A stretch of 64,000 nucleotides of DNA, taken from the NCBI RefSeq assembly GCF_041248615.1, contig NZ_CP158426.1; one strand, 5' to 3'. Shown here piece after piece: positions 1-12,260 of this stretch (position 1 is the stretch's first letter; each line of letters opens with the position of its first letter). The position numbers were made by a program, and so were the translations under genes. Origin of the DNA: Escherichia coli (GTDB taxonomy: Bacteria; Pseudomonadota; Gammaproteobacteria; Enterobacterales; Enterobacteriaceae). The notes under the pieces are model-generated. The model made no database searches and was not told the origin of the DNA. It worked only from the letters and a program-made list of their open reading frames with translations.

Positions 1-276
1 AACACGTTTGGCATTGATCGCAGGCGTACCATCAAGTTCGGCCTGTCTGCGAAGCAGCGCCCATACCCGACGATAACCATACGTGGGCAGCTCTCCGATA
101 ACATGGTGTATACGGAGAAGCACATCCGTATCATCTGAGTGACGGCTGCGGCGACCATCTTTCCAGTCATCGGTTCGTCTGAGAATTACGTGCAACTGCG
201 CACGCGACACCCGGAGACAACGGCTGACTAAGCTTACTCCCCATCCCCGGGCAATAAGGGCGCGTGCGCTATCCAC
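1..276 (-). CDS. insD: IS2 transposase OrfB (InsD), N-terminal part only; truncated by window edge
   Basis: Reverse complement of 1-276 translates to (M/V)[45 protein letters not shown]...INAKRV; it overlaps the insC 3' end in another frame, as expected for IS3-family OrfAB frameshifting. Confidence 0.8.
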   Translation of the reverse strand, partial: MDSARALIARGWGVSLVSRCLRVSRAQLHVILRRTDDWKDGRRSRHSDDTDVLLRIHHVIGELPTYGYRRVWALLRRQAELDGTPAINAKRV

Positions 277-599
277 TTTTTTGCACGCCCGTATTCAACG
301 GCTTCTTTAAGGAGTTCATTTTCCATCGTTTTTTTGCCGAGCAGGCGCTGGAGTTCTTTAATCTGCTTCATGGCAGCAGCAAGTTCAGAGGCAGGAACGA
401 CCTGCTCTCCTGCGGCCACAGCAGTAAGACTTCCCTCCTGGTATTGCTTGCGCCAGAGAAATAACTGGCTGGCTGCCACACCGTGTTGCCGGGCAACAAG
501 GGAGACCTTCATTCCCGGTTCAAAACTCTGCTGAACAATAGCGATCTTTTCCTGTGTAGTACGCCGTCTGCGTTTCTCCGGTCCTAAGACATCAATCAT
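234..599 (-). CDS. insC: IS2 transposase OrfA (InsC), 121 aa
   Basis: ORF 234..644 (-) contains [29 protein letters not shown]...[10 protein letters not shown]; start trimmed to the internal Met at 599. Confidence 0.85.
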   Translation of the reverse strand: MIDVLGPEKRRRRTTQEKIAIVQQSFEPGMKVSLVARQHGVAASQLFLWRKQYQEGSLTAVAAGEQVVPASELAAAMKQIKELQRLLGKKTMENELLKEAVEYGRAKKWIAHAPLLPGDGE

Positions 600-687
600 C
601 TGCTCTCCAATGACTAGTCTAAAAACTAGTATTAAGACTATCACTTATTTAAGTGATATTGGTTGTCTGGAGATTCATGGGGCCAGT

Positions 688-765
688 CTACATATAATCA
701 TGTTCATCTTCTAATTCTTTAAATTTTAATAGAGAAATCTCTTCATAATATTCTTTCATTTTCAT
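688..765 (-). pseudogene. Short ORF (MKMKEYYEEISLLKFKELEDEHDYM*) with a good Shine-Dalgarno; its stop codon TAG is the first triplet of the IS2 terminus, so it is probably the 5' remnant of a gene interrupted by IS2
   Basis: AAGGTGA lies 5 nt upstream of the ATG at 765; the frame runs straight into the IS2 end (TAGACTGG). Flanking DNA is very AT-rich. Product not recognised. Confidence 0.3.
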
Positions 766-1184
766 ATAAATCACCTTTTATTTTTTTGTTGTTAACACAG
801 GTTTTTTTCTGCACTACACATTATAGCACATAGAATTAATTCGTTTCATTTTCTGTCAATGAAATAGAGTAAAGATAAATGCTTTTATAAAGCACTTATC
901 ACATCCGTTGCCTTGCTATATATAAAAAGTTCTCCAAACTATACTGGTGTATATTTTCCCCATCAGATACAGTTGTTTTTAAACATTACAATGTTGGATT
1001 CTTGGTTCCAAATAAATCGAGCAACTATTAGTGTTTCAAAATGAAGTTGGGAGCTATTCCTTAATTCGTATGAGGTACAAAATGGGGTACTCGGTGGGGT
1101 ACAGCGTGTATAAGTGACGTCACCACGGGTAAACTTGCATCGGCGAGCAACTTAACCTAAGCTGACAAAAATTAAGAGAAATGT

Positions 1185-1317
1185 AACCAAACGACTCGGG
1201 GTGCCCTTCTGCGTGAAGGCTGAGAAATACCCGTATCACCTGATCTGGATAATGCCAGCGTAGGGAAGTCACGGACCACCAGGTCATTGCTTCTTCACGT
1301 TATGGCAGGAGCAAACT
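1185..1317 (+). promoter_or_regulatory. TPP (thi-box) riboswitch in the thiM 5' leader
   Basis: Sequence AACCAAACGACTCGGGGTGCCCTTCTGCGTGAAGGCTGAGAAATACCCGTATCACCTGATCTGGATAATGCCAGCGTAGGGAA matches the well-known thiM TPP aptamer (CUGAGA motif, P1-P5 arrangement), directly upstream of the thiM ATG. Confidence 0.9.
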
Positions 1318-2106
1318 ATGCAAGTCGACCTGCTGAGTTCCGCGCAATCTGCGCACGCGTTACACCTTTTTCACCAACATTCCCCTCTTGTGCACTGCAT
1401 GACCAACGATGTGGTGCAAACCTTTACTGCCAATACCTTGCTGGCGCTCGGTGCATCGCCAGCGATGGTTATCGAAACCGAAGAGGCCAGTCAGTTTGCG
1501 GCTATCGCCAGTGCGTTGCTGATTAACGTTGGCACGCTGACGCAGCCACGCGCACAGGCGATGCGTGCCGCCGTTGAACAGGCAAAACGCTCTCAAACAC
1601 CCTGGATGCTTGATCCAGTAGCGGTGGGTGCACTCGATTATCGCCGCCGTTTTTGTCTGGAACTTCTGTCTCATAAGCCAACCGCCATACGTGGTAATGC
1701 TTCGGAAATCATGGCATTAGCTGGCGTTGCTAATGGTGGACGGGGAGTGGATACCACTGACGCCGCAGCTAACGCGATACCCGCTGCACAAACACTGGCA
1801 CGGGAAACTGGCGCAATCGTCGTGGTCACTGGCGAGATGGATTATGTTACCGATGGACATCGTATCATTGGTATTCACGGTGGCGATCCGTTAATGACCA
1901 AAGTGGTAGGAACTGGCTGTGCATTATCGGCGGTTGTCGCTGCCTGTTGTGCGTTACCAGGCGATACGCTGGAAAATGTCGCATCTGCCTGTCACTGGAT
2001 GAAACAAGCCGGAGAACGCGCAGTCGCCAGTAGCGAGGGGCCAGGCAGTTTTGTTCCACATTTCCTTGATGCGCTCTGGCAATTGACGCCGGAGGTGCAG
2101 GCATGA
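1318..2106 (+). CDS. thiM: Hydroxyethylthiazole kinase
   Basis: 262 aa ORF beginning [33 protein letters not shown]; recognised ThiM; overlaps thiD start by 4 nt. Confidence 0.95.
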   Translation: MQVDLLSSAQSAHALHLFHQHSPLVHCMTNDVVQTFTANTLLALGASPAMVIETEEASQFAAIASALLINVGTLTQPRAQAMRAAVEQAKRSQTPWMLDPVAVGALDYRRRFCLELLSHKPTAIRGNASEIMALAGVANGGRGVDTTDAAANAIPAAQTLARETGAIVVVTGEMDYVTDGHRIIGIHGGDPLMTKVVGTGCALSAVVAACCALPGDTLENVASACHWMKQAGERAVASSEGPGSFVPHFLDALWQLTPEVQA

Positions 2107-2903
2107 AACGAATTAACGCTCTGACGATTGCCGGTACTGATCCGAGTGGTGGTGCGGGGATTCAGGCCGATCTTAAAACCTTCTCGGCACTTGGCGCTTA
2201 TGGTTGCTCAGTGATTACTGCACTGGTGGCGCAAAATACCCGTGGCGTACAGTCGGTGTATCGCATTGAGCCTGATTTTGTCGCCGCCCAGCTCGATTCG
2301 GTGTTCAGCGATGTGCGAATCGATACCACTAAAATCGGTATGTTGGCGGAAACCGATATTGTTGAAGCGGTGGCAGAACGGTTGCAACGTTATCAGATCC
2401 AAAACGTGGTACTCGACACCGTTATGCTGGCAAAAAGCGGCGACCCGCTGCTTTCACCTTCGGCGGTTGCTACGCTGCGCAGTCGATTATTGCCACAGGT
2501 TTCATTAATAACGCCAAACTTGCCCGAAGCTGCTGCCTTGCTCGACGCGCCACACGCGCGCACCGAACAGGAAATGCTGGAACAAGGGCGATCGCTGTTG
2601 GCGATGGGCTGTGGCGCAGTGCTAATGAAAGGTGGTCATCTGGATGATGAGCAAAGCCCGGACTGGCTGTTTACTCGCGAGGGAGAACAACGGTTTACCG
2701 CACCGCGCATTATGACCAAAAACACCCACGGCACTGGTTGTACGCTCTCTGCGGCGTTGGCTGCACTACGCCCGCGCCATACAAACTGGGCTGACACCGT
2801 ACAGGAGGCAAAAAGCTGGCTTTCATCGGCGTTAGCCCAGGCCGACACGCTGGAAGTTGGTCACGGTATTGGTCCGGTTCACCACTTCCACGCCTGGTGG
2901 TGA
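2103..2903 (+). CDS. thiD: Hydroxymethylpyrimidine / phosphomethylpyrimidine kinase
   Basis: 266 aa [34 protein letters not shown]...; PfkB-like ThiD, translationally coupled to thiM. Confidence 0.95.
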   Translation: MKRINALTIAGTDPSGGAGIQADLKTFSALGAYGCSVITALVAQNTRGVQSVYRIEPDFVAAQLDSVFSDVRIDTTKIGMLAETDIVEAVAERLQRYQIQNVVLDTVMLAKSGDPLLSPSAVATLRSRLLPQVSLITPNLPEAAALLDAPHARTEQEMLEQGRSLLAMGCGAVLMKGGHLDDEQSPDWLFTREGEQRFTAPRIMTKNTHGTGCTLSAALAALRPRHTNWADTVQEAKSWLSSALAQADTLEVGHGIGPVHHFHAWW

Positions 2904-2958
2904 GCACCGTACTATAGCTGCTTTGGTTATTGTCAGCCTTTGGCACTGACATTCAGGG

Positions 2959-3786
2959 ATGAAACCAATGCAGCTAAGAATCACCAGTCGAAAAAAACTC
3001 ACCGCTTTATTATGCGCTCTTGGGCTAATTTCCATCGTTGCGATTCATCCGCGTCAGACGGTGAATTTTTTCTATTCGACAGCAATTCAGATTAAAGACT
3101 ACATCCACTTCTACGGTTATCGCCCGGTTAAATCTTTCGCTATTCGCATTCCTGCCAGTTACACCATTCACGGAATAGATGTTTCGCGCTGGCAGGAGCG
3201 AATCGACTGGCAGCGGGTGGCAAAAATGCGCGATAACGGTATTCGCTTGCAATTTGCCTTTATCAAGGCGACGGAAGGCGAAAAGCTGGTGGACCCCTAT
3301 TTTTCGCGTAACTGGCAACTAAGCCGCGAAAATGGCCTGCTGCGCGGGGCGTATCATTATTTTTCCCCGTCGGTATCCGCTTCAGTTCAGGCGAGATTAT
3401 TTCTGCAAACGGTGGATTTCTCACAAGGCGATTTCCCTGCCGTGCTGGACGTAGAAGAACGGGGAAAATTATCGGCAAAAGAATTACGCAAGCGGGTAAG
3501 TCAGTGGCTAAAAATGGTCGAAAAAAGTACGGGGAAAAAGCCGATTATTTACTCAGGAGCCGTTTTTTATCACACGAATCTGGCGGGCTATTTCAATGAA
3601 TATCCGTGGTGGGTGGCTCATTACTATCAACGTCGTCCGGACAATGACGGCATGGCCTGGCGCTTCTGGCAGCATTCCGACCGTGGACAGGTAGATGGCA
3701 TTAATGGTCCGGTGGATTTTAATGTGTTTAATGGCACGGTGGAGGAGTTGCAGGTATTCGTTGATGGGATTAAAGAAACGCCTTAA
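2959..3786 (+). CDS. yegX: Glycoside hydrolase family 25 (lysozyme-like) protein with N-terminal signal/anchor
   Basis: 275 aa ORF; position after thiD and recalled YegX identity; hydrophobic N-terminus LTALLCALGLISIVA. Confidence 0.8.
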   Translation: MKPMQLRITSRKKLTALLCALGLISIVAIHPRQTVNFFYSTAIQIKDYIHFYGYRPVKSFAIRIPASYTIHGIDVSRWQERIDWQRVAKMRDNGIRLQFAFIKATEGEKLVDPYFSRNWQLSRENGLLRGAYHYFSPSVSASVQARLFLQTVDFSQGDFPAVLDVEERGKLSAKELRKRVSQWLKMVEKSTGKKPIIYSGAVFYHTNLAGYFNEYPWWVAHYYQRRPDNDGMAWRFWQHSDRGQVDGINGPVDFNVFNGTVEELQVFVDGIKETP

Positions 3787-3837
3787 ATAAGAAGCAGTGA
3801 TATACTCCCACCAGACTCCCTGGCAGGAAAAAGACAA

Positions 3838-4584
3838 ATGGAACAAGCGCATACCCAGCTGATTGCCCAACTGAACGAACGTATTTTAGCGGCGGATAAC
3901 ACGCCGCTTTATATTAAGTTTGCCGAAACGGTAAAAAATGCCGTGCGCAGCGGGGTGCTGGAGCATGGCAATATTTTGCCCGGTGAGCGTGATTTAAGTC
4001 AGTTAACCGGCGTTTCGCGCATTACGGTGCGCAAGGCGATGCAGGCGCTGGAAGAAGAGGGCGTGGTGACGCGTTCGCGTGGTTACGGTACGCAGATCAA
4101 CAACATCTTCGAATACTCGTTGAAAGAAGCGCGAGGTTTTTCTCAGCAGGTGGTATTGCGCGGGAAAAAGCCCGATACACTATGGGTTAACAAGCGTGTC
4201 GTGAAATGTCCCGAAGAAGTCGCGCAGCAGCTAGCGGTCGAAGCAGGAAGTAATGTCTTTTTGCTTAAGCGTATTCGCTATGTCGATGAAGAAGCGGTAT
4301 CAATTGAGGAATCGTGGGTTCCGGCGCATTTAATTCATGATGTTGATGCCATCGGAATTTCTCTTTATGACTACTTCCGCAGCCAGCACATTTACCCACA
4401 ACGTACGCGTTCCCGCGTTAGCGCCCGGATGCCGGATGCCGAGTTTCAGTCACATATTCAGTTAGATAGCAAAATACCGGTGCTGGTGATCAAGCAAGTG
4501 GCGCTTGACCAACAGCAACGGCCTATTGAGTACAGCATTAGCCACTGTCGCAGCGATCTATACGTTTTTGTGTGCGAGGAGTAG
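3838..4584 (+). CDS. yegW: GntR-family (HutC-like) transcriptional regulator
   Basis: 248 aa; N-terminal winged HTH (LPGERDLSQLTGVSRITVRKAMQALEEEG) followed by a UTRA-like effector domain. Confidence 0.8.
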   Translation: MEQAHTQLIAQLNERILAADNTPLYIKFAETVKNAVRSGVLEHGNILPGERDLSQLTGVSRITVRKAMQALEEEGVVTRSRGYGTQINNIFEYSLKEARGFSQQVVLRGKKPDTLWVNKRVVKCPEEVAQQLAVEAGSNVFLLKRIRYVDEEAVSIEESWVPAHLIHDVDAIGISLYDYFRSQHIYPQRTRSRVSARMPDAEFQSHIQLDSKIPVLVIKQVALDQQQRPIEYSISHCRSDLYVFVCEE

Positions 4585-5523
4585 TTCCTCGCGCGTTGGC
4601 GCACAATCACCGCCCCGATGCCCGACAACCCATGACGCCACTGCATTGCCCAGTAATACAGCATCCGCCAGTGGCAGACCAGAGGCCAGCCCGGCAAGTA
4701 CGCCGCCGGCATGACTGTCGCCCGCCCCAATGGTGTCTACAACTTGAGTTGGAAATGCCGGAATGCAGCCAGAAGCGTCGTTGCTGAAATACCATGCGCC
4801 CTCTTTATCGAGACGAATGATCAACGGCGCGGCAAATTTCTCCTGCCATTGCTTGCCAAGTGTTGTTATCTCTGCGGATAAAGCAAAACGTTCGGCGGCA
4901 ATCTCAGCCTCCTGACGATTGAGTGACACTAAAGGTCGACAGGCCATGATCCGCGCCAGTAATGCATCCGGGATATCGCCAATACGTGGGCCAAAATCGA
5001 TAAACGGCGTCACGTCTTGCAGCTTTTCCAGCCATTCCACTAATAATTCGCCGCAGGGCGAGGCCAGTTGATAACCGGAAAAATAGAGCAGGCTGCCAGG
5101 CGCAACGGTTAATCGCGCCAGCCACTGGCGATTCCACTGATTTTCCACACCGCTGAATGACATAAAAGTGCGTTCGCCATCCGGCTCAACCAGCGCCAGA
5201 CACCAGCCGTTATCGCCTTCGGCGTTATCGATCAGGCTGATTAACCCCTCTTTCGCCATCCGGTTGCGAATAATCTCCGCCCACACGCCCTGACCGAGCG
5301 GCAAGGCATTACCCGCTTCGATGCCGAGGCGCTTTAACGCCACGGCAATATTCAGTGCGCAGCCGCCAACGTTAACGCTCTGCTGTTTCAGTTCGATATC
5401 GCACCCACGCCAGGGGAGGGCATAAGCGTCGGCGATCACATCAATGACCGCCGCGCCGACGACCATCACCGGCTGACGCGTGGCTAATTCAGGCAGCAGC
5501 GTGTGTAATCGAGCGCCGCTCAT
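4558..5523 (-). CDS. yegV: PfkB-family sugar/nucleoside kinase
   Basis: 321 aa; PfkB signature near the C-terminus (DTIGAGDSHAGG); start overlaps yegU stop (ATGA). Confidence 0.8.
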   Translation of the reverse strand: MSGARLHTLLPELATRQPVMVVGAAVIDVIADAYALPWRGCDIELKQQSVNVGGCALNIAVALKRLGIEAGNALPLGQGVWAEIIRNRMAKEGLISLIDNAEGDNGWCLALVEPDGERTFMSFSGVENQWNRQWLARLTVAPGSLLYFSGYQLASPCGELLVEWLEKLQDVTPFIDFGPRIGDIPDALLARIMACRPLVSLNRQEAEIAAERFALSAEITTLGKQWQEKFAAPLIIRLDKEGAWYFSNDASGCIPAFPTQVVDTIGAGDSHAGGVLAGLASGLPLADAVLLGNAVASWVVGHRGGDCAPTREELLLAHKNV

Positions 5524-6524
5524 ATCGCCTCCCGTTGTTGGCGATACTTCGCCAGCGCCGTGGCATAGCGGTTGAAATCAAGCTGATTTACCGCATCCAG
5601 TTCCGTCTTTAACGCAGGATCGATTGCGTTAACGCCATGCAACGCGCCACAAATTGCCGTCGCCATAGCACCGATGGTGTCTGTGTCGCCGCCAAGGTTA
5701 GCGCACAGGACGGCGCAACGGTTCGGGTCGGTTTGTGCCAGTTCAACCAGCGCAATGGCGCACGGAACGGACTCAATAGTGCTGGTACCTGCGCCAACGA
5801 CCTGGTAAAGCTGTTCGCTGGCGGATTCGGTGCCGTCGGCATTGCGCACAATTTTCAGCGCAATCTCCAGACGTGCTGCCAGTGAGGCGCTGAAGGTAGT
5901 GATGCGTTTTTGTTGAGCATGTCGCGCAATTGAAGGCAGTGAATCAACAATTGCTGACCAGCTTTCTCCGTCAATGGCACGAGAAATCGCCCATGCGATG
6001 ACTACCGCCCCCGCAACCGCCAGATCGGATTTATGTGTCGGGCTGGAGGCCAGCGCCACATCATCAATAAAGGAATCAACATCACGCGCCGGAAGCAAAC
6101 AACCTAATGGCGAGACGCGCATCGCTGCGCCGTTGGTCACGCCGTTATTTTCCAGTTCAGCAACGGGTTTACCGTCGCGAATGGCGTTAAGCGCAATCTT
6201 CGAGGTCGGACCTAGTACGTTTTTGTTAAAGGCGTCGAAACGCAGCGCCCAGTCGAGAATATTACGCCCAATCAGATCTGGATCGATCTTGCCTTCACGT
6301 TCCAGTAACGCATCCGCCAGACACAGCGCCATCGAGGTATCGTCGGTGAATTCGGCGCGGTTAAAATAACAGGCTGCGTTATTCTCCTTTGGTCCAGGCA
6401 GAAAACGATCAATCCAGCCAAAGTGTGCTTTAACGCGGCTGCGTGGCCAAAGCTCGGAGGGCATCCCCATCGCATCCCCTAACGCCTGCCCATAAAGAGC
6501 ACCGAGAATACGTTCTGTTTTCAT
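5520..6524 (-). CDS. yegU: ADP-ribosylglycohydrolase-family protein
   Basis: 334 aa; MKTERILGALYGQALGDAMGMPSE... is typical of the DraG/ARH family N-terminus; overlaps yegT stop (ATGA). Confidence 0.8.
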   Translation of the reverse strand: MKTERILGALYGQALGDAMGMPSELWPRSRVKAHFGWIDRFLPGPKENNAACYFNRAEFTDDTSMALCLADALLEREGKIDPDLIGRNILDWALRFDAFNKNVLGPTSKIALNAIRDGKPVAELENNGVTNGAAMRVSPLGCLLPARDVDSFIDDVALASSPTHKSDLAVAGAVVIAWAISRAIDGESWSAIVDSLPSIARHAQQKRITTFSASLAARLEIALKIVRNADGTESASEQLYQVVGAGTSTIESVPCAIALVELAQTDPNRCAVLCANLGGDTDTIGAMATAICGALHGVNAIDPALKTELDAVNQLDFNRYATALAKYRQQREAI

Positions 6525-7798
6525 TTAACTTCCCCTTGTGTCAACGCAATATCGCGATCATCGACCTTGATAGCCGTAATTTCGTTGTCGGATTCGCGGA
6601 AAAAAATCATGAACAGCACGGCGATAATGGCAATCATCACCGCGCCAAAAGTCCACATCCCGGACCAGTTGAAAGTCAGTCCGTTTACCGGTTCCTGATA
6701 AGCGAACATCTTTTCCATCATCACACCGCCAAGACGATAGCCGAGCAAACTGCCGAAGCCCTGGCAGCAGAGCGTGATCAGCCCCTGCGCAGCGGTACGC
6801 ATATGCACGGGGGCTTTTTTATCGACATAGATGTAAGCGGTAACGTAGTAAAAATCGTAACTTACTCCATGCAGCAAAATGCCGAGGAACAGTAACGCGT
6901 AGGTGAAATATTCATCCGCACTACCGTAAATAAAGAAGCCATAGCGGATCGCAGCGGTGACCAGACCAAGTAATAATACCTTTTTGATACCAAAGCGTTT
7001 GGTGAAAAACGGCAATGCCAGCATAAAGAAGATTTCAGAGAACTGGCCGAGCGTCATCCAGCCAGTGGCGTTTTTCATACCGACTTCGGTCAGATAACCG
7101 TTGGCAAAGATGTAATAGAACGCCAGTGGCATCGCAAACAGGAATGAACAGAAGAAAAAGACGAGGAAGTTTTTATCGCGCAGCAGGATCAGCGCATCCA
7201 GGCCGAGCATGACTTTAATGTCCATTTTGCCGGTGCTTTTTGGCGGCGTGTCGGGCAGGAAAAACGCAAACACACCGAGCAGAGCAGAACTTCCGGCGGT
7301 AATCAGCAGCGGGATGTTAGTCGGAGAGATATCGGCATAACCCAGCATTTGCGGCAAAAATCCACATGCCAGACCAGAGGCAATCCAGCCGATAGTGCCC
7401 ATCACACGAATGCGTGGGAAATCACGCTCCACATCCGGCACGTTGGCAAAAGCGATACTGTTAGTCAGCGCAATGGTCGGCATATAGGTTAGCGAGTAGG
7501 CCAGCAGTAACGGGAAGAACCCGGCAAAAGTGGTCTGTTGCGCAGCGAAATACATCAGCGCCGCACCAGCGAACATCAATACCGCCAGCACTTTCTGCGC
7601 CGAGAAAAAGCGGTCAGTGATGGAGCCAACCAGAATTGGCGACAGGATCGCCGCAATGGCGGTACAGGCATACGACCAGCCAATTTCTCCGGCACTAAAA
7701 CCGCTTTTACTTAACCACAACCACAATGGCACAAACCACGCGCCCCAGATAAACCATTCAACAAACATCATGAACGACAGCTTTGCTGTTGTTTTCAT
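6521..7798 (-). CDS. yegT: Nucleoside:H+ symporter family (NupG/XapB-like) MFS transporter
   Basis: 425 aa, multi-pass hydrophobic protein; recalled YegT; first gene of an overlapping yegT-yegU-yegV operon. Confidence 0.8.
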   Translation of the reverse strand: MKTTAKLSFMMFVEWFIWGAWFVPLWLWLSKSGFSAGEIGWSYACTAIAAILSPILVGSITDRFFSAQKVLAVLMFAGAALMYFAAQQTTFAGFFPLLLAYSLTYMPTIALTNSIAFANVPDVERDFPRIRVMGTIGWIASGLACGFLPQMLGYADISPTNIPLLITAGSSALLGVFAFFLPDTPPKSTGKMDIKVMLGLDALILLRDKNFLVFFFCSFLFAMPLAFYYIFANGYLTEVGMKNATGWMTLGQFSEIFFMLALPFFTKRFGIKKVLLLGLVTAAIRYGFFIYGSADEYFTYALLFLGILLHGVSYDFYYVTAYIYVDKKAPVHMRTAAQGLITLCCQGFGSLLGYRLGGVMMEKMFAYQEPVNGLTFNWSGMWTFGAVMIAIIAVLFMIFFRESDNEITAIKVDDRDIALTQGEVK

Positions 7799-8054
7799 CT
7801 TTTAATTCCTTCATGACAGGTAATGTAAGGTACGCGATGACAACACCATTTAATAATACCTTTTAAATACCTTTGCGGTGAAAACTTGACCGCGGTAACA
7901 TTTTTTCTGATGAATCGAGCCAACAGAAAACGCTGAAAAAACATCCAAAAGATGGAAAAACTCGCCTGTAACGACCAGGATTATGATTGCCCGCAAAAGG
8001 CGGGCCAGGACAATCCATAGCCGATATCCAATCGGAATTTACGGGAGCATAGTA

Positions 8055-9107
8055 ATGACAGATATTGCGCAGTTGCTTGGCAAAGACGCCGACAACCTTT
8101 TACAGCACCGTTGTATGACTATTCCTTCTGACCAGCTTTATCTCCCCGGACATGACTACGTAGACCGCGTGATGATTGACAATAATCGCCCGCCAGCGGT
8201 GTTACGTAATATGCAGACGTTGTACAACACTGGGCGTCTGGCTGGCACAGGATATCTTTCTATTCTGCCCGTTGACCAGGGCGTTGAGCACTCTGCCGGA
8301 GCTTCATTTGCCGCTAACCCGCTCTACTTTGACCCGAAAAACATTGTTGAACTGGCGATCGAAGCGGGCTGTAACTGTGTGGCGTCAACTTACGGCGTGC
8401 TGGCGTCGGTATCGCGGCGTTACGCGCATCGCATTCCATTCCTCGTCAAACTTAATCACAACGAGACGCTAAGTTACCCGAATACCTACGATCAAACGCT
8501 GTATGCCAGCGTGGAGCAGGCGTTCAACATGGGCGCGGTGGCGGTTGGTGCGACTATCTATTTTGGCTCGGAAGAGTCACGTCGCCAGATTGAAGAAATT
8601 TCTGCGGCTTTTGAACGTGCGCACGAGCTGGGCATGGTGACTGTGCTGTGGGCCTATTTGCGTAACTCCGCCTTTAAGAAAGATGGCGTTGATTACCATG
8701 TTTCCGCCGACCTGACTGGTCAGGCGAACCATCTTGCGGCAACCATAGGTGCAGATATCGTCAAACAAAAAATGGCGGAAAATAACGGCGGCTATAAAGC
8801 AATTAATTACGGTTATACCGACGATCGCGTGTACAGCAAGTTAACCAGCGAAAACCCGATTGATCTGGTGCGTTATCAGTTAGCTAACTGCTATATGGGC
8901 CGGGCTGGGTTGATAAACTCCGGCGGTGCTGCAGGCGGTGAAACTGACCTCAGCGATGCAGTGCGTACTGCGGTTATCAACAAACGCGCTGGCGGAATGG
9001 GGCTGATTCTTGGACGTAAGGCGTTCAAGAAATCGATGGCTGACGGCGTGAAACTGATTAACGCCGTGCAGGACGTTTATCTCGATAGCAAAATTACTAT
9101 CGCCTGA
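8055..9107 (+). CDS. fbaB: Fructose-bisphosphate aldolase class I
   Basis: ORF 7983..9107 trimmed to [47 protein letters not shown] (350 aa), matching recalled FbaB. Confidence 0.9.
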
Positions 9108-9191
9108 TACGCCTTATACGAACAGCACTACCCCGTATGACGGAAAAGGCGTTTACGTCGCATCCGGCATAAAAACACGCGCACTTTGCTA

Positions 9192-9220
9192 CGGCTTCCC
9201 TATCGGGAGGCCGTTTTTTT
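9192..9220 (+). terminator. Rho-independent terminator downstream of fbaB
   Basis: GC-rich imperfect hairpin GGCTTCCC-TATC-GGGAGGCC followed by a T7 run. Confidence 0.5.
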
Positions 9221-9280
9221 GCCTGTCATTCTGATTAATTTTCGAATTGTCGTTTTTGTGATCGTTATCTCGAGATTTAA

Positions 9281-11480
<2,200 letters not shown>

Positions 11481-11489
11481 GGACGGTAT

Positions 11490-11942
11490 ATGACTAACCT
11501 GTTTGTTCGTAGCGGAATTTCTTTTGTCGATCGTAGCGAAGTTTTAACCCATATCGGTACTGAGATGCTCGCGAAAGGTGTGGTTCATGATACCTGGCCA
11601 CAGGCATTAATTGCCAGAGAAGCAGAATTCCCTACCGGGATAATGCTTGAGCAGCACGCCATTGCAATACCGCATTGTGAGGCGATTCATGCTAAGTCGT
11701 CAGCCATTTATCTGTTAAGGCCAGCAAATAAAGTTCATTTTCAGCAAGCGGATGATGATAATGACGTGGCGGTATCGTTGGTTATTGCGTTGATTGTGGA
11801 AAATCCGCAGCAGCAATTGAAACTTTTACGCTGTTTATTTGGCAAGTTACAACAGCCCGATATCGTCGAGACACTAATCACTCTTCATGAAACCCAGTTA
11901 AAGGAATACTTCACAAAGTATGTTTTAGATTCAGACGAATAA
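11490..11942 (+). CDS. gatA: PTS galactitol-specific EIIA component
   Basis: 150 aa; position and recalled sequence in the gat operon. Confidence 0.9.
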   Translation: MTNLFVRSGISFVDRSEVLTHIGTEMLAKGVVHDTWPQALIAREAEFPTGIMLEQHAIAIPHCEAIHAKSSAIYLLRPANKVHFQQADDDNDVAVSLVIALIVENPQQQLKLLRCLFGKLQQPDIVETLITLHETQLKEYFTKYVLDSDE

Positions 11943-11972
11943 ATCCCTCTGTAACAATAAAAAGGACTATTT

Positions 11973-12257
11973 ATGAAACGCAAGATTATTGTCGCTTGCG
12001 GAGGCGCGGTTGCGACCTCTACGATGGCGGCGGAAGAAATTAAAGAGTTGTGTCAGAGTCATAATATTCCTGTTGAATTAATCCAGTGTCGGGTTAATGA
12101 AATAGAGACCTATATGGATGGTGTGCATTTGATATGTACTACCGCCAAAGTTGACCGTAGTTTTGGCGATATTCCGTTAGTTCACGGCATGCCTTTTGTT
12201 TCTGGTGTCGGTATCGAAGCATTACAAAATAAAATTCTGACTATCTTACAGGGGTGA
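11973..12257 (+). CDS. gatB: PTS galactitol-specific EIIB component
   Basis: 94 aa [27 protein letters not shown]; active-site Cys near the N-terminus. Confidence 0.9.
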   Translation: MKRKIIVACGGAVATSTMAAEEIKELCQSHNIPVELIQCRVNEIETYMDGVHLICTTAKVDRSFGDIPLVHGMPFVSGVGIEALQNKILTILQG

Positions 12258-12260
12258 CCT

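Larger units (their letters stand above)
1..690 (-). mobile_element. IS2 (IS3 family) insertion sequence, partial copy; element continues beyond the left window edge; terminal inverted repeat at about 650-690
   Basis: Minus-strand ORFs match recalled IS2 InsC/InsD proteins; the reverse complement of 600-690 reads TAGACTGGCCCC...AATATCACTTAAATAAGTGATAGTCTTAATACTAGTTTTTAGACTAGTCATTGGAGA, which I recognise as the IS2 left end. Confidence 0.85.

Noticed and set aside
7983-8054. N-terminal in-frame extensions in the ORF track (fbaB; likewise mdtA 30629..30775, udk 41164..41226, yegH 46293..46358, wzc 48506..48541, wcaD 53244..53315, cpsG 61165..61212)
   Set aside because: Known protein N-termini start at internal Met/Val codons with better-placed ribosome-binding sites; the extensions run through the upstream gene's 3' end or promoter.
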